DNA of 64,000 nucleotides, counting the filler, from Basidiobolus ranarum (Eukaryota), in NCBI GenBank assembly GCA_040143965.1. It is 13 parts of 13 records of this genome, joined end to end, with 100 filler letters (N's around TTAATTAATTAA, not from the genome) between each part and the next. Parts side by side here need not be neighbours in the genome. Positions count along the whole stretch, not along the records: positions 9,921 to 14,775 come from JASJQH010008682.1; positions 14,876 to 19,729 come from JASJQH010008683.1; positions 19,830 to 24,676 come from JASJQH010008684.1; positions 24,777 to 29,620 come from JASJQH010008685.1; 9 more parts are not named here. One strand, written 5' to 3'. A program made the position numbers and the translations under genes. The notes below the pieces were generated by a model. The model was given only the letters and a program-made list of their open reading frames with translations, searched no databases and had not been told where the DNA came from. Every line of letters starts with the position of its first letter. The stretch's first letter is position 1. Positions 14,289-26,983 of the stretch are shown piece after piece.

Positions 14289-14876
14289 ATATACTATTCT
14301 TTAGTGTTATCCAATCTATTTGTACCATTATTTGCTTTATGTGAGCGATATCCATCCACTTTAATGATTTACTACCAATTTGTTTCGTTCACGGTTGACA
14401 TACATCGAATATATTCGTTGAATAGAATTTCCCTAATGGACGTTTTTTTTTATTGAATTAATGATATAAGCTCAGATTTATTTCAACTTGAATTTGCTAG
14501 GGAATTTTTTTCTTTTAAAATTATCGAATAGAATGATTTTGAAAGATAATGAGATTTACCGATTATATATTCAAGTTTAACCAGTCACAATCACCATTTG
14601 ACTAAGAGTTTTTCGAGAAAATCATATCGTTAGTTACTCTTTGTAAATACTAAGAAAGTCACTCTTGTTTTTTAGAAAGTGTGATGAAGCAAGAAAATAC
14701 TAACGTAACAGCCAATGTGCTTGCTTCCTTAGAACAACTTTCGTTAAAAGATTCTAAGGAGATATTTCATTGTCCNNNNNNNNNNNNNNNNNNNNNNNNN
14801 NNNNNNNNNNNNNNNNNNNTTAATTAATTAANNNNNNNNNNNNNNNNNNNNNNNNNNNNNNNNNNNNNNNNNNNNG

Positions 14877-15065
14877 TGCTGCTTTGTACGTGTTACCATT
14901 CAAGATCGCTTGTTCCCCGCTGTTCCAGGGCAAATAATTCGTTTTCGAGCATTTGGCAAGATCGTGCGCCTTGTCAAAGGAGAAAACGGGATGAGATTCG
15001 AAAAATGCAGCAAAGAACAGGAAGATGCCGAATGGACACAATTCTTGAATCAACGCTCTTCTTAA
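14877..15065 (+). CDS. Possible 3' end of an unidentified gene (CCFVRVTIQDRLFP...EWTQFLNQRSS*)
   Basis: Open frame from the contig edge to TAA with CpG retained, followed by an AT-rich 3' region. No recognised motif. Confidence 0.3.
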   Translation, partial: CCFVRVTIQDRLFPAVPGQIIRFRAFGKIVRLVKGENGMRFEKCSKEQEDAEWTQFLNQRSS

Positions 15066-15599
15066 AAACATAACTCTTGAACAATATGTATTTATCTTAG
15101 TTCTATTCAGCTTTACATTAGTCCTCTTTATTAACCACTAACTTAAGGATCATTTTCACATATCCTCTAGCTTTTTTGAGAATTTGATGCTAACAGAAAT
15201 ATGTGTTTCGTTTAGTTTTTTTGTCAAATCCAAAAAATAGAATAACGAGGGTAAGGTCAATGACACGAGAGCTCCTATACCTAAAAACAACTAAAAAGAG
15301 AGAAATACTGGTTCGAGTACGAGTTACTGTGCTGTTATATAATAAATCAAATTCCGTTCTAAACATCCACTGTTTGATCCACATTAAATCCGAGATTTTA
15401 GTCACGTCCTCGATTTCTATATCTAGACGGTTTTTTGTCATCCAGACAACCAATTATTCACAGTCAAGATATATTTTTATTCATTATGGAAAATAGAGAG
15501 AAGGTGGTAGAGACTTTTTTTATTACCTCTTGAAAGTAACTTTTTTAACCCTTATATACCTTAGTAAGGGTTAGAGTTGGGAATCCCATAAGTCTATTC

Positions 15600-17600
15600 C
15601 TTAGGGCTACGGTTAGAGATGTTGCTTGTTAAATATCTCAATATTGTCTAGCAGATAGTAGATTGCCACAACATCCTGCACACTGCCTTCATGTATAATA
15701 GTATATTCACACCAGTACAGATTGTCTGTTGTCGAGCATCAATTACAATTGCCGAATTCACTTTTTATAAGTATCTGGGGAAATTTTATTTACCTAAAGT
15801 TGCGGCGCAAATTTATTCTTTTAATCTATTCCTCCCAACCGATATTACTGGTCAAGATCACAACGAACTCTGGAAGTATTTGTCGAGAGATGGGATAAGT
15901 CATGCAATATTACCACCTGCTCTTTTGCAGAACGGGGATATTTTTCTAAGCTTAAGTAAGCCAAGACTATTGATATCAACTGGGGAGGCTCCTAATTCAA
16001 CATCGCTTCAAAACCTGTTACTTCAAAATATAGGTGTCATATTTAATAGGAAAGTATCCATCAGTCATACAATTGTGGATAATTGGATATCTTTACTTAC
16101 CCAGCAAGGACAACCGGTGCTACTTGGGGCTATAGGAGAACTATATATTAGGGGAGTTGGTGCATGGTTATCTTCGATTCCTCTAATCTCAGAGAGTTGG
16201 CTAGTGCTCTAGATAAACATTCTGAAGTAATTGTGTCCCAGAACCATATTGCACCTGCCACTACATCCTTAATACCTTATCTGTTACTACTTATACATCT
16301 CACACGAGCAGAGATAGATCGCATTGTGGAGCAGGCCCCAGGAGGTGTGAATAGTATTCAGAATGTCTATTCTCTGGCTCCATTACAGGATAGTATCCTA
16401 TTCAATCACCTTTTGGCTACGGAAGGAGACTCATATCTTTTGGTCATTCACCTTTTTTGACTTTCGATAACCATGAGCTTCTGGATCAATACCTGGCTGC
16501 TGTCCAACAAGTGGTAAATTATCATGACATCTTGCGAACTGCCCTACTCTGGGAGAATTTATTCAACTCAGCTCAAGTTGTTTGGCTTAATGCCGCGCTG
16601 TTCATCACTGAAATCTTTGTCAATAGATATAACATTGAGCAACTGAAAGAAAATTTTAATCCTAGCCATTATCGTATTGATTTAACTCAGGCACCATTGT
16701 TGCATTTTGTGATCGGACCACTAAGTAAATGGCTAATTATTCTGGCTAGTTATTCAATTGTTACACCATCTAATCGGTGATCTCTCAACCCAAGATGCAA
16801 TGAATGCTGAAATTAAGGCTATTCTCAATGGTCAGTGTAGCTCTCTACCATCTCCTCAGCCATTTCGTAACCTTGTGTCCCAAGCACGATTAGCAATGAG
16901 TTATCACGCTCATGATCAATTCTTTACTAGCATACTGGGCAAGGTGGATAAACCAACATTACCATTCGGTCTATCTGACAATCATGGGGATGGTGGCGAC
17001 GTCACTGAATCACACCAAATGCTGCCACAACAACTAAATGACAGGCTGCATGTTCAAGCACCACGTTTGGGTGTCAGTGTTGCCAGTCTATGTCATTTAG
17101 CATGGACTCAAGTATTGGCATGTACTAGTAGTCAATAATAAGTGGTGTTCGGTTTTGTATTGCTTGGACAAATGCATGCTGTCAAATGGGGACACCCCTG
17201 CTGCTGGTATTGAACTACCGGCGTGTAAAGAACGTACCAGCTACTCATGCACTCTATCTGTTTATGACTATAGCACAGCACTAGATTTGACAGCTGAAAC
17301 TGTACAACCATTCGATCTATCTAGTGTATGCTGCTATATGCACAAAGCACTTGAGAGCTTATCCAGTGCCCTTGAGATCTCCCCCAACTTACCAATTTGT
17401 CAATTGGATATTCTTTCTAATGTTGAACGTCAGCTCTTACTTACAACTGTTTGCGCTACTACATGGCATTATTGTGATGACTCAAATAAGTCCACTACTA
17501 CATGGCGGTATTCGGATGACTCAAGTAAGGAGATGATCGTTCCCATCGGCAAACCTATCGAAATGTGTAGATGTCGAACAACCAACTTATACCCGTGGAC
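15600..17600 (+). pseudogene. Fragmented non-ribosomal peptide synthetase relic (A-T-dual E/C-A remnants), bacterial type
   Basis: A domain: ISHAILPPALL, TGEAP, GELYIRGVG. C domain: IDRIVEQAPGGVNSIQNVYSLAPLQDSILFNHLL, HDILRT, IDLTQAPLL, HHLIGD, PFRNLV, TLPFGL, GVSVASLCHLAW, ERTSY. Next A domain: VPIGKPI. Many frameshifts and deletions, no introns seen. Confidence 0.9.
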
Positions 17601-19450
17601 TCAACGGTATTTCTCCATTTGTAAAAGCAATCGATGCTATGGCATCAGACTATATTAAGCATGTTTGCCAATTTCAGCATTACTATCTACTAAGCTGGGT
17701 GCAAAGTTGCTTTTACTAAGGCAACACAACTTGAGCAACGAGGCAAAGGATTTTCTCTCTTAGTTTTGCTAGATTGTACTCCAAATCACTCTCTGAAAAG
17801 CCATAAACTGGTGAATAGATAGGGTTTTCATCGATGATCTTGCTAGTTACAGTGATGAAAAATCACCAGATTCGAGAGAATATATACTAAAAATAACTTA
17901 ACAACAACAGCTGTATTGTAAAGCGTTTCTCCCCATTCATCCAAATAATTATATTCGTTTTCATATCGCCACTATTGCTAATACATTTGCTAAGACTTTT
18001 ATTTCTACTCGAAAAAGATGATGATATTTTCTAAAGTGGTAGCAGTTTAAGCAAAGTCTGTTCGAATGAGTCTTCCGAAACAGGACGGCGAAATAAAGAA
18101 ATAGGGCAGGGAAAGAAAAATGATGAAGTTCTCATAGGTCTCTATTTTTCGAGAAACAATGGACTCAAGGATAAGTTCAACTATGACTCTTTTGTTGTGA
18201 ACCATAGAAATGACGACTACCAGTGGTTTGTAAGTCTGCTCACTAGTCGCTATAACGTTCCAGGTGTTTACAATAAACTTGTCCAGGCCAATGTCTCACC
18301 ACTGACCAAGTTGCCCATGGTTATAACGGCCTCTTCTCAAGACATTAGAGTTTGTCTACCTCTGTCCTGATTGCTATATCGTATTTACGGAGCCCAATGA
18401 GCGCTTTGTTAACCAACTCAAAATCTCAACAAAACCATGAATCCCCGACGCCCCAAATCCCGCTGATCATACCTTTGATGACAAAAACCAAGGATAGTGG
18501 AATGATGCTGCTGCAAAAATACAAACTGTTTCTAAAAGTACAGTTATTAATCTTACTTTCTTAGTTAAATTTGGACCATATTGCTAATATGCCATTTCAT
18601 GAACAGAAATATCCCAACACAAATATATTAGATACGAACTTCTCTTCTATGGCGTCATTTCGTCATAGCATCTACTATTGGGATGAGTAAAATTCAAGGA
18701 TTGTCCAAAAATTGGCGGATTCTTGGAGACCTAAGCAAAAAATAAATGTAGGTAATCTTTCACATTTAGGGTTAATTATTTTTATCGAACTTGTGAAGGC
18801 CTCGTAGTTCAGTAGAAATTCACTAATGGTGTCAGAAACAGTATGCAAACACAAAATGCTTACGTGTTTAGCCACCATGGCATTGAGATTACCTAAACAT
18901 CGACAGACCAATACGATTGGTCCACTTAGGCCACTGCAGTCACTGATTAATACCAAGCAATAACCACAGTGAGCCTTCGTTTGATTTGATTGTTAGTACG
19001 TAGAGTGCAAACTGAAGCCTTCAAAAACACACCCCTATTGCGTTCTAATCAGTTTTTTTGTTATGATCAGCTATACTTCTTATCTAGCCTTTTATAGCTG
19101 TACCAGTATCAGTGGATTTTTTGGTCAATGTACAACGATTTATTGGATCACCGGATTACCGGATTATCCTTTGTGTAATCATAGAATTCCACTCTTGATT
19201 GGCTAAGCGGTATTATCAAATGATTACATGATGCTAGGAATCATGGAATAATTCGTATAGCCATGTTACTTCCTGAATCGATTTTCTTTTCAGACCAAAT
19301 TCAGATCGGCGTTTGTGATCGAAATATCCGACTTTCATTCATGTTGGAAATGAGTATTGACAAACCGACTTCATATTAGGAACGTGTGTGCAAGGTTTGT
19401 CGTCATATATGAGAAATAGGTTAAGGAGAATACTAACAACCAGTAGTTTA

Positions 19451-19729
19451 TTATAGGTTTTCCTTATAGAAGGCTTCTAACTGTTTAACAGCTTCACTAA
19501 CGGGTTCCGGTTTATCGTATAGATCATAGTGGCTGGCGCCCTTTACGACAAATAGATCCTTCTTCTTGGATGCTGCTCGGTTATATAATTCATGGCCATC
19601 TCTGTAAGAGCCAAAGATGCCTTGAACCTCACCAACAATGATTTGTAGCGGTTGTGTCAATAATTTATCTACCAAGTTGAACGCGTCAAAAGCCAAGACG
19701 GAGCCTAAACTCGTATATTTCAGGAGATT
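19451..19729 (-). CDS. C-terminal part of an alpha/beta hydrolase of bacterial YcjY/COG1073 type (5' truncated)
   Basis: NLLKYTSLGSVLAFDAF...LLTQPLQIIVG...GSYRDGHELYNRAASKKKDLFVVKGASHYDLYDKPEPVSEAVKQLEAFY. The catalytic His lies in GASHYDLYD. Confidence 0.8.
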   Translation of the reverse strand, partial: NLLKYTSLGSVLAFDAFNLVDKLLTQPLQIIVGEVQGIFGSYRDGHELYNRAASKKKDLFVVKGASHYDLYDKPEPVSEAVKQLEAFYKENL

Positions 19730-19831
19730 NNNNNNNNNNNNNNNNNNNNNNNNNNNNNNNNNNNNNNNNNNNNTTAATTAATTAANNNNNNNNNNNNNNN
19801 NNNNNNNNNNNNNNNNNNNNNNNNNNNNNAG

Positions 19832-20005
19832 TATGTTCCCTATGGACCCATCCAGGAAGTTGTACCATATTTGATCCGTCGCGCTCAGGAGAATTCGAGT
19901 GTCCTTGGGGCCGCGCGTGAGGAATATGACTTGATTGCATCAGAAGTTAAACTTCGTCTACTAGGACAGGGACCCAAGATTCCGTTCGAAGTTAAGCCCG
20001 CCTAA
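19832..20005 (+). CDS. PUT1: Proline dehydrogenase C-terminus (5' truncated; absent from the ORF track)
   Basis: YVPYGPIQEVVPYLIRRAQENSSVLG is the PRODH signature (YVPYG...YLxRRxxEN). Stop TAA at 20003-20005. Confidence 0.92.
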   Translation, partial: YVPYGPIQEVVPYLIRRAQENSSVLGAAREEYDLIASEVKLRLLGQGPKIPFEVKPA

Positions 20006-23000
20006 AAGCACCCAAATCAAGCTTAGGAATAGTCATAGAGAAAGTATCGAGTCACTTTCCGAACAAACCATTTGTATTTGCCTTCCATCAATAAGTGAAC
20101 CCACCTCATGCACACTATACTATCCGTAACTTCGTAATCAACCATTTCACGCCCTCATTCAAATCGATCTATGTTGGCCACTTTTGCTACCTGTAAAATA
20201 TAATGTCCTCCTGTTTCTGTTTTCACTATTCTCTAAACAACAATAAATCTACCCAGAAAAGCTAGCACCTAAGCCTCATAATGAGTTCGCACCGAATAGT
20301 AATTCCATCCGAGTCACATGACAGTATTTCAATTCAGGTCAAGTGAGGAGTACAAAATCCCACCTATGCCATAAATAGGAACGTGATATTTCTTTATGTC
20401 TCTGGAACAAGGGAGTTAGTTCATCCAACGTGAATCCTATTCGCAGATAATCCATGCTCATCGTCAAAAATAGCCATCAAAACTATGGCATTCTAGTAGT
20501 ATACTGTGTTGAAAATCTCAGGCCCAAAGCCCAACAAGGAAAGAAGCAATGAGTATTAGAGAAAAAGTAGCGAATTGTCAATTCTATGATCTAAATGAAA
20601 GACACTTGTAATGTTAAAGTGGGCGCTCCTTGGAATCTCACAGGATTTTCTGTCAGAACTAGATATATCGCATATTGGCAACATATAGTTTCGCTTATAT
20701 TCAGTTCGCCACTCTATCTCGCTCTACCCAGATACTAACCTGATAGCTATACAAATCCAAGCAGCAGTCAAATAATCAAGAGCCTACAGCAATACTATGC
20801 TAGACTTGACCCTACATGAAAGAGTGCCAATCAATTTACGCTAGATTAGATTAGATTAAGCTGGCTTTGGGGTGGCAGATTATGACAAGTCAGAATTTGG
20901 ATGACCCATCATTTCTGAAACATGGTTTCTTGAGATTCGATTCGTTAGTAAGGTAAGTATATTTATATATGCACTTTTGGTGTCACCTACCGAAGATTTC
21001 CATTCCTAAATTTGGTTGACGATAACAATAATATGCGAGTAAGTTCCGTTCCATTGAGGCTCGATTTCTCCATTTGGCTAGAAGGGTCACCTGTCCAGGA
21101 ACAGATCTTGGATGGACGATTCGCCTTGGTTCCGTTGTTGAAGGGTCAAGGGGTGGCTGATCCTACATCCCGGAGTATATCCAAACAGAGTGGGCTGCGC
21201 TATTCGATGCATAAAAATATTCGCTCCCCAATGGATGCAGTGATACTTCGAACTCAAGGGTAACTGTCTCGTTTCGTTAGAGTGAACACGCATTGAAACA
21301 GTATTCACTTCCGTATTGTGCAGAAGTCATAATTGTAGGTTAAAGCAATGGGGCATATCTGCAAGACTAAATCCAACCCATAACTGGGGGAAAGTCAACA
21401 CCGGCCATTTCATATCACCTTGGAGATGGCTTGAAATGAATTTCCCATGGACTCAATGATCACTTGCCAACACTTGTAAACTACTCTGATAGTAGAGACG
21501 TTTACATTCCATTTCAATTACTTTCAGTGGGCTCTTTGGGAGAGTTATCAGTGGTGCTTGTATACCAAGCGGAGATCAGACTGGGCTGGTCAGTCAAGTA
21601 CTTTTATCCGCTAGTAAGTTTTACGACGGATAAATGTGGAGGAGCTAGAGATCAGATCCCATATTAGGCTTACTCACACACTAACCAGACAATCGAAACC
21701 ACCCCAACAAGAATTGACTCACAAGTCACCATGCCAGGATCCCAGATCTATGGCCCAAGTACTCTCATCTGGTAAATCCAGAATCAGCCATTTAAAGTTC
21801 CCATCTACTAGATTCAGAGATCTGATGACTGACTGATGAAAATCGTTTTCTGTGCCAAGAATTGTCCGCTCATTGATCGTACTCTAACTTGCCGCTCACT
21901 CAATCAAGAACTAATTGCTAGTACCATGCATTGAGCATAGGTAGAGATGATTGGGATTGAAATGAATTTACGAAACATCAATTCCAAATCGCCACTTTAA
22001 TCACCATAATCACGCACCATGCCTGTTGAATCATTGGCTTTCTCTAGAGGTATTAATATCCAGATTTCTATATCAACAATTCTATTCTAAATCATTATGC
22101 ATCAGACGACCATTTCAAATGGTGATCGACTCGATGAAATGTACCAAAATTAAGAATGAGCTGGATCCATCAAACTGATCTCATTTACTGGTGATGGTGA
22201 GTGCGTTTGCTTCCAACTACTCTCTGCGTTGTTTGAAACATTCCACATTCATGTTCCACGCTCAAAGTGGCGTCTGATTTTGACTTAAATACGTCTACAA
22301 GATTAATGGATATCGCTTTGAGTACGGCTGAAGTGTGCCACCTCTGCAATGAAGTTATTATTAGCAGTTTGCCTGTAAATTGTTATTTAAATTCCTGCAA
22401 TATAATTGCTTTTGACGTGTGCAACAAATACCCACGGAATATACTATAATAAACGAGCCTTATGGGAAACAGGCATATTTTGAATTTTCATGTATATTCT
22501 ACGGCTCTCAAGAAAATAGGCATAAGGAAAGTAAGTCCAACCAAAAAGAATTTCTCCCAATATTTCCAAGATATATATCTATTGAATATATCTGCAAGCT
22601 GTTTATAAAGCAATTAGCAATTAGTAATTAATTCAGCGTATGGTAGAGCTTGAAATTCTTAGTATTGGTTTTTTGTAACTATCAGAGCAGGCCGATATAT
22701 TGTATATATATTCGCACGTGCATTATATTTTTCATTTTGTGAAGTTTGGTTGTATACTTTAACAGCAAGTGTATGCATTAGATAAGCTGCTTGCAAGGCT
22801 ACTTCCGGGTTAAGTATAGAAAGTCCGGACGGAAGCATATTTATCCAAATAAATTACAGCACTTGATTCACAATTGGTAACTTTATTTGAATCGCTAATG
22901 ACTATGGTAATGAGAAAACTCCAACCACTCTTAGGTATATACATCTCAGGTCTGCTTATTTGTTTTGGTGCTACTCGTGACAACAAAGTTTTCTTGAAAT

Positions 23001-23699
23001 TAGTTCTCTCAGTCTCATCTGGAGATCTCCTAACGTAAATACTTGCCAAACTGAATGTATAAATATGTAAAGAAATACACCAGGACAATAGCATCTACAA
23101 TCATGAAAACACATTGTTCTCTACAGGACTGGGCTAATTCTGCTTATAAAATATTCACTCTCTGTATCAAATAATCACTGACTGACTAGCCGCTAAAAAT
23201 ATTACAAATAAACTCCGATAAGCTCTGGATGCCAAGGGTTAGTATGTAAACTATATCCTTAACTGATAATTATTGAATTTTACCACGCTTATCATATTTA
23301 CTTTCTCTATTTCTAGGCACCTAACTTTCTCATATTTGACATCCATCACGATAACAGAGTCAAATATCACCCAGTTTAAAAGCAAAACATGTTCGAGATA
23401 TACAAATTATCTCAGAATTAGCTGCTTCTGAAACCCTATTACAAAAGTATGACCTCCATTAAGCCCTCACCACACTGTAGAAAAAGAGATAGGAAGTAAT
23501 GTACTTAGATTTTAACATATAGCTCCATCTATGTGTCTGATCTGTTTAAGAACACACCATCGCAAGAATGCCTATATTGATATTATTGAAATACGTTATG
23601 GGTGCTATAGAAATCCTCACTAGAAACAATTCTAGATCCTGATGTCGTTCGGGTTTATGTTCCTAAATCAACTAGGATACTAACCGGATAGGGTAGTAA

Positions 23700-24028
23700 T
23701 GTTAAAGTGTTTTGGGAGTTTGTTTCAAGTGGTTTGGAGAACTAGAAGAATGAGTGATCTTCACTTATTGATCTATGAAGTAGGAAGTTGACATTGATAC
23801 TTTTGTCAAGCTACAAACAAAAAAATGTGTAGAATCTGCTAGAAGAAGTCCCAGGAACATGTGCGCAGAGTCTGGGGTTTCTAGCATAGTTTGAAAAATC
23901 TATATATTGGAGAACTTTAAAGTATATTACTCTTGAGAATAGTAGGTGATATCTTAGTTCAATATAGAATAGCCAAGTACTCAGCTATATATGACTATAT
24001 AGGTGTGTAGGCAATGCTAATTTGAACA
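23700..24028 (-). mobile_element. Solo LTR, copia family A
   Basis: TG...CA ends. The right end is the reverse complement of the LTR start at 4795, and it is homologous to 27236-27566 and 63333-63677. Confidence 0.8.
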
Positions 24029-24776
24029 CTTAAATGTCAAGATATTGACTATATTATATCCAGATCGCAGGTATAGTTTGAAATCCAAATGAAAGTCTAA
24101 CTTAATAAGCTTTATAGACACATATAAATCATTGTTATCACTATTTCTGATTGAGCAATAAAGATCTGTCCAACTCATAATATGTTCACTTCTTAGACAT
24201 TCCTTCTAAACATCTCAAATTCTGTTAACAGCAGGCAGGTTAACATACTTTCCTGGCTTACCTCAGAGAATATTGAGGGAATTCTATAGTGCTGGTATAG
24301 ACTTAACACTGCTGGATCAAATGGAAGATCTAAAGAAATACATTCAAACTAATAAAATATATCTGCCTAAAGATGATTGGTTTCACATATACTTATGAAT
24401 GGTTGATTTGACTTTTACCTTGTACATTTCAAGGCCAAATTTGTATTGGGAGGTCATTGTTTAGCTACATTTTAAGTAATAATATAAAGCAAGGCATCTA
24501 GTTTCTCTCAGTTGGAATAATTTGATTTCCCATTCAGATATTGCATATTCACTACTTAAATCATGGTTGGATAATTAATCTTTATTCAACATCATAGTTA
24601 ACTTTAGTTATGATACATATATCAGAAACAGAAAGCAATGTATCTATAGCCCCTATATTCTAAATAGGAATATCTCNNNNNNNNNNNNNNNNNNNNNNNN
24701 NNNNNNNNNNNNNNNNNNNNTTAATTAATTAANNNNNNNNNNNNNNNNNNNNNNNNNNNNNNNNNNNNNNNNNNNN

Positions 24777-25266
24777 CACAGGCAAGAAGGTGGAATTCTG
24801 CAGCATAAGTTGATGCAGGCTTTGACCCTTGTTTAAGTGCATGGAGCTTGGTGGCTGAAGTTCTTTCCTTATCTGCATTTCCAAATGTGGCTTCCAGTTC
24901 AGCAAGAAAGGCAAGGAAGTTTGAAAGAAGTGGAGATTGACTTTCCATCAAAGGAGCAAACCAAGATAGAGCTGTTCCTGATAATAGTGTTCCCACTAAG
25001 CCTACTTTTGTTTGGTCAGAGGGGTAGCAATGGGGATGTAACTGGATGATGAGCTTTACTTGGTTAATAAAACCACAATAGTTTTGGCAAGTGCCATCAA
25101 ACTTATTTGGTAAGGAGATTTTGGGTTCAGGAGTTGGATTTGCAGTATAGTTGGGTGGAGCTGGATTCTGTACTTGAGCAATAGAAGTACAAAGTTCTTG
25201 ATTTTCTTGCTGGAGCTGAGTAAGAGCTTGCATAATATCTTCCATTGTGGGGGCTGGTGTAGACAT
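24777..25266 (-). mobile_element. Ty3/gypsy (PEG10/chromovirus-like) Gag N-terminal part
   Basis: PEPKISLPNKFDG...FINQVKLII...LLSGTALSWFAPLME...ATKLHALKQGSKPASTYAAEF is a retrotransposon gag capsid pattern. It runs off the contig. Confidence 0.9.
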
Positions 25267-25604
25267 AATACTTACTATGTTGGGAGGGCAAAGTTTTAAA
25301 AACCACAAGTTTCTCTAGGAATGATGATCACCATGCAATGTCCAACTCTTGGTTGAAGAAATGATTTGCACCTTGACAAAAGAATATGCCGGTATCAACA
25401 ACTTTTGATCTTGATCAAGTACTAAAGCTCTTTGATCAAAAACAACTGTCAACCCAACCAGTAGTGTCTTGACAAGGATGCACTTAGAGAAATTATCTAA
25501 AGGTGGAAGGTACCTTTGCCTTAGCAGGGAAGCTTGGGAAAGATAGGGAATAAGAGGGAAGCCAACCTTGGGGGGTTTCAAGGTTGGAGAACAGGGATGG
25601 AGAG

Positions 25605-25982
25605 TGTTGAAGTTTGTTGTCTTTATCATATTTGTTATTTCTATCTTTATACACCTAACTATTTCATATATCACATATAAGTTAGTTAATATTACTTAGT
25701 CAAATATCACTTAGCTGAAAATTGGAACATATATTATATATATATGTGAATAATGTGAGAATTAGCAATTCCATATTGGAAATTTCAAACATGTCCAAAT
25801 TGCCCCAAAGATAGCTCATTTTACTCCTGCAGCTGTTCTGAACACAACCCCAGTGTTAGTTTTCTGTATTTCTACCAAAATGTGTAAATGCTTTATTTCT
25901 GGACAATAAATAATCATCTCACAAAGCTATTCACAACTCCACTTTTCTAAAGTTCCTCCAAACAGCCCATATTTTCCCAATA
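25605..25982 (+). mobile_element. Solo LTR, family C (378 bp)
   Basis: TGTTGAAG...TTCCCAATA flanked by the 5-bp TSD GAGAG (25600-25604 and 25983-25987). Same length as the 2582-2959 copy. Confidence 0.88.
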
Positions 25983-26983
25983 GAGAGAAGTCTGCAGGCA
26001 AGTATAAGTAGTCTGATCAAACTGTCACAATAAGGAACTGGAAACAACAACAAGAGGCTAGAAGGCAGGAGAGTACTTGGGTGTAGACCACAAGACAAGA
26101 CTGAACAAGGAAGATACTTTGGCAAGAATCTTTATTGATAACTGGTATTGATCAGACTGAGGTCTGATCAAAGAATACATGGTGCTTATATAGATATTGC
26201 AGGGTGAAACATAATATACTGAATAGGGAATATATTGTGGCAAGTTCAAGTGTTGGGGTGTTAGGGACTACAAGGACCAATAAAAAGAATGATGATGTAA
26301 GGATGGGGTAAGGATGATCAGGTGACCTTCCATGGAAGGCCTTGGTGGAAAAACACTATGTGTGGGTTGACATGATTGGTTATGCTTCATGGAATGTTCC
26401 AAAGAACATGACTTCTATATAAGGTAACCTGTATGAATCAACATGAGAATGCCAAGAAGGGATGGTACAGCATATATGATGTCATAATATAATAATAGAA
26501 GAGTTCTATTTGCAGTGGATTAGTATGCCAAGATCAGAATCATGACAAAAGGTATCTATCTGATAGGTATTGACAACATTGGGAGTTGTTTGTGGATATT
26601 GGTGGTATTTCTAGGAAAGCTGCAAGACAGACTTCTTGGTAAGATAGATCAAGATATGCAGTATGATTGTTTTAGCCATGGTGAAATCTATTCTAGCAAT
26701 GACACATCTACTTGTGGCAGGACATATGTTGACTGCAAGTTGGGCATATTTTGACTGAATTCCTTATGGAAATTTGCCAAAATCCATCTGCTTATTCTTG
26801 CTATCAATGGTACCAAGAGTTAGCTGCTTGCCAAGCATCAGTGCTACTCTAAATTTCAGATGTTTAGCAATTTTTCCACCATTAGTTTGCTGGTAAAGCA
26901 TATTGATGCTGTTGAGTTATGTCTGATCAGTCAAGTATGTGCATTTGTAGAAACTAAGCATAACAAGATTCTTGTATTTATAG

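Noticed and set aside
14684-14775. ATG-initiated frame MKQENTNV...IFHC running off the contig
   Set aside because: Only 30 codons visible, too short to call.
20900-23100. Scattered 60-95 aa ORFs downstream of PUT1
   Set aside because: Mostly non-ATG starts and no motifs; consistent with intergenic noise.
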